From positions 11,171-75,170 of the forward strand of contig JBMORX010000002.1 of assembly GCA_049322615.1 (NCBI GenBank): a DNA stretch of 64,000 nucleotides, read 5' to 3'. Below the pieces are notes generated by a model. It had not been told where the DNA came from. It was given only the letters and a program-made list of their open reading frames with translations, and did not search any database. The position numbers and the translations under genes were made by a program. Every line of letters starts with the position of its first letter. The stretch's first letter is position 1. The stretch is from Patescibacteria group bacterium. Lineage in GTDB: Bacteria; Patescibacteriota; Microgenomatia; CAYGWK01. Below are positions 63,165 to 64,000 of this stretch, in pieces.

Positions 63165-64000
63165 ATGAAACTTCGACCCGAAGTTAAAAAATTAATTGAA
63201 AAAGGAAAAAAACAAGGTTTTATTACCCAGGAGGAGATTCTTGGGATTTTTCCCGACGCGGAAAATCGTTTAGAGGAACTTGATGATTTGTATGCCCGTC
63301 TTTTAGCCTCAGGAGTTGATGTCTTTGAATCAGTTACCGAAGAGGAAATGAAAGAAGATGAAAAAGTCGCTTCAGAGCTGGCTCGCGAACTTGAAGTTCT
63401 CTCGACTCTTCAGGACAAAACTATCAGCGATCCAGTTCGGATGTATTTAAAAGAAATTGGGAGAATTCCTTTACTGGTTGCCAAAGAAGAGGTTGATCTT
63501 GCCCAAAGAATTGAGAAAGGCTCAAGGGCAGCTAAGAAAAAGCTGATTGAATCAAATCTTCGCCTAGTCGTCTCCATTGCCAAAAAATATGTTGGTCGGG
63601 GACTTTCGCTCTTGGATTTAATCCAGGAGGGAAATCAAGGGTTAATCAGGGCAGTTGAGAAATACGATTGGAGACGCGGTTATAAATTCTCCACCTATGC
63701 CACTTGGTGGATTAGACAGGCAATCACCCGGGCAATTGCTGACCAGGCGCGAACAATCCGGATTCCCGTTCATATGGTTGAGACAATTAATAAGTTGATT
63801 CGGACCAGCCGGAGGTTGATGCAAGATTTGGGACGGGAACCAACCCCAGAAGAAATTGGTAGAGAAATGGATTTACCTTCTACCCGGGTGAGGGAGATCT
63901 TTAAAATTGCCCAAGATACCACTTCTTTGGCGACTCCGATTGGGGATGATGAAGATTCGCTTTTAGGAGATTTTATCGAGGATACTTCCCAACCCCAACC
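63165..64000 (+). CDS. rpoD: RNA polymerase sigma-70 factor RpoD (partial; continues past the right edge)
   Basis: Manual translation from ATG 63165 gives '[16 protein letters not shown]', '[16 protein letters not shown]' and '[38 protein letters not shown]', which are regions 1.2 and 2. The gene order is dnaG-rpoD. Confidence 0.85.
   Translation, partial: MKLRPEVKKLIEKGKKQGFITQEEILGIFPDAENRLEELDDLYARLLASGVDVFESVTEEEMKEDEKVASELARELEVLSTLQDKTISDPVRMYLKEIGRIPLLVAKEEVDLAQRIEKGSRAAKKKLIESNLRLVVSIAKKYVGRGLSLLDLIQEGNQGLIRAVEKYDWRRGYKFSTYATWWIRQAITRAIADQARTIRIPVHMVETINKLIRTSRRLMQDLGREPTPEEIGREMDLPSTRVREIFKIAQDTTSLATPIGDDEDSLLGDFIEDTSQPQ

Noticed and set aside
1-64000. Alternative genetic code (UGA recoded as Gly, as in Gracilibacteria/Absconditabacteria)
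   Set aside because: Conserved genes (tsaD, ispH, valS and others) terminate at TGA exactly where orthologs end, so standard code 11 fits.

Overview
This window is low-GC and gene-dense, with short genes and a reduced housekeeping set. That pattern is consistent with a Patescibacteria/CPR-type genome, which is an inference. It spans the chromosomal replication-origin neighbourhood: rpmH-rnpA-yidD-yidC-jag on the minus strand, dnaA-dnaN on the plus strand, and DnaA boxes in the dnaA promoter and the dnaA-dnaN spacer. Core genes present are tsaD, valS, rplY, rnhA, smpB with tmRNA, dnaG, rpoD (partial), an isoprenoid block (idsA-like, Nudix, ispH, uppS), and a cluster of four tRNA-Ser genes and two or three tRNA-Arg genes. 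Several accessory layers are interleaved with these. The first is a Gram-positive-style type IV secretion (T4SS) apparatus. It comprises a VirD4/TraD-like coupling ATPase, a split VirB4, a PrgI/VirB3-like protein, a membrane-anchored cell-wall hydrolase, a VirB6-like polytopic protein, a 900-aa Cys-rich surface protein and at least eight paralogous TrbC/VirB2-like pilin genes. The second is two toxin-antitoxin islands. One is AbiEii, HEPN and MNT flanked by paralogous secreted proteins. The other is a plus-strand island that interrupts the T4SS locus and carries MNT, a HEPN remnant, a RelE-like pair and two unannotatable proteins of 197 and 587 aa, each behind a repeated CT-rich 'TTTACCCT ... 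ATATGCTATAATTT' promoter module. The third is two tandem intervening-sequence-like cassettes, each a four-helix-bundle (TIGR02436-type) gene bracketed by inverted repeats. The fourth is a pervasive set of short tandem and palindromic repeat units that sit in-frame inside conserved genes (rnhA, tsaD, valS, comF, DUF4012-like, O-antigen ligase-like) as well as in intergenic DNA. One of these units is clearly derived from the inverted repeats of the four-helix-bundle cassette. No CRISPR array and no rRNA gene were found.
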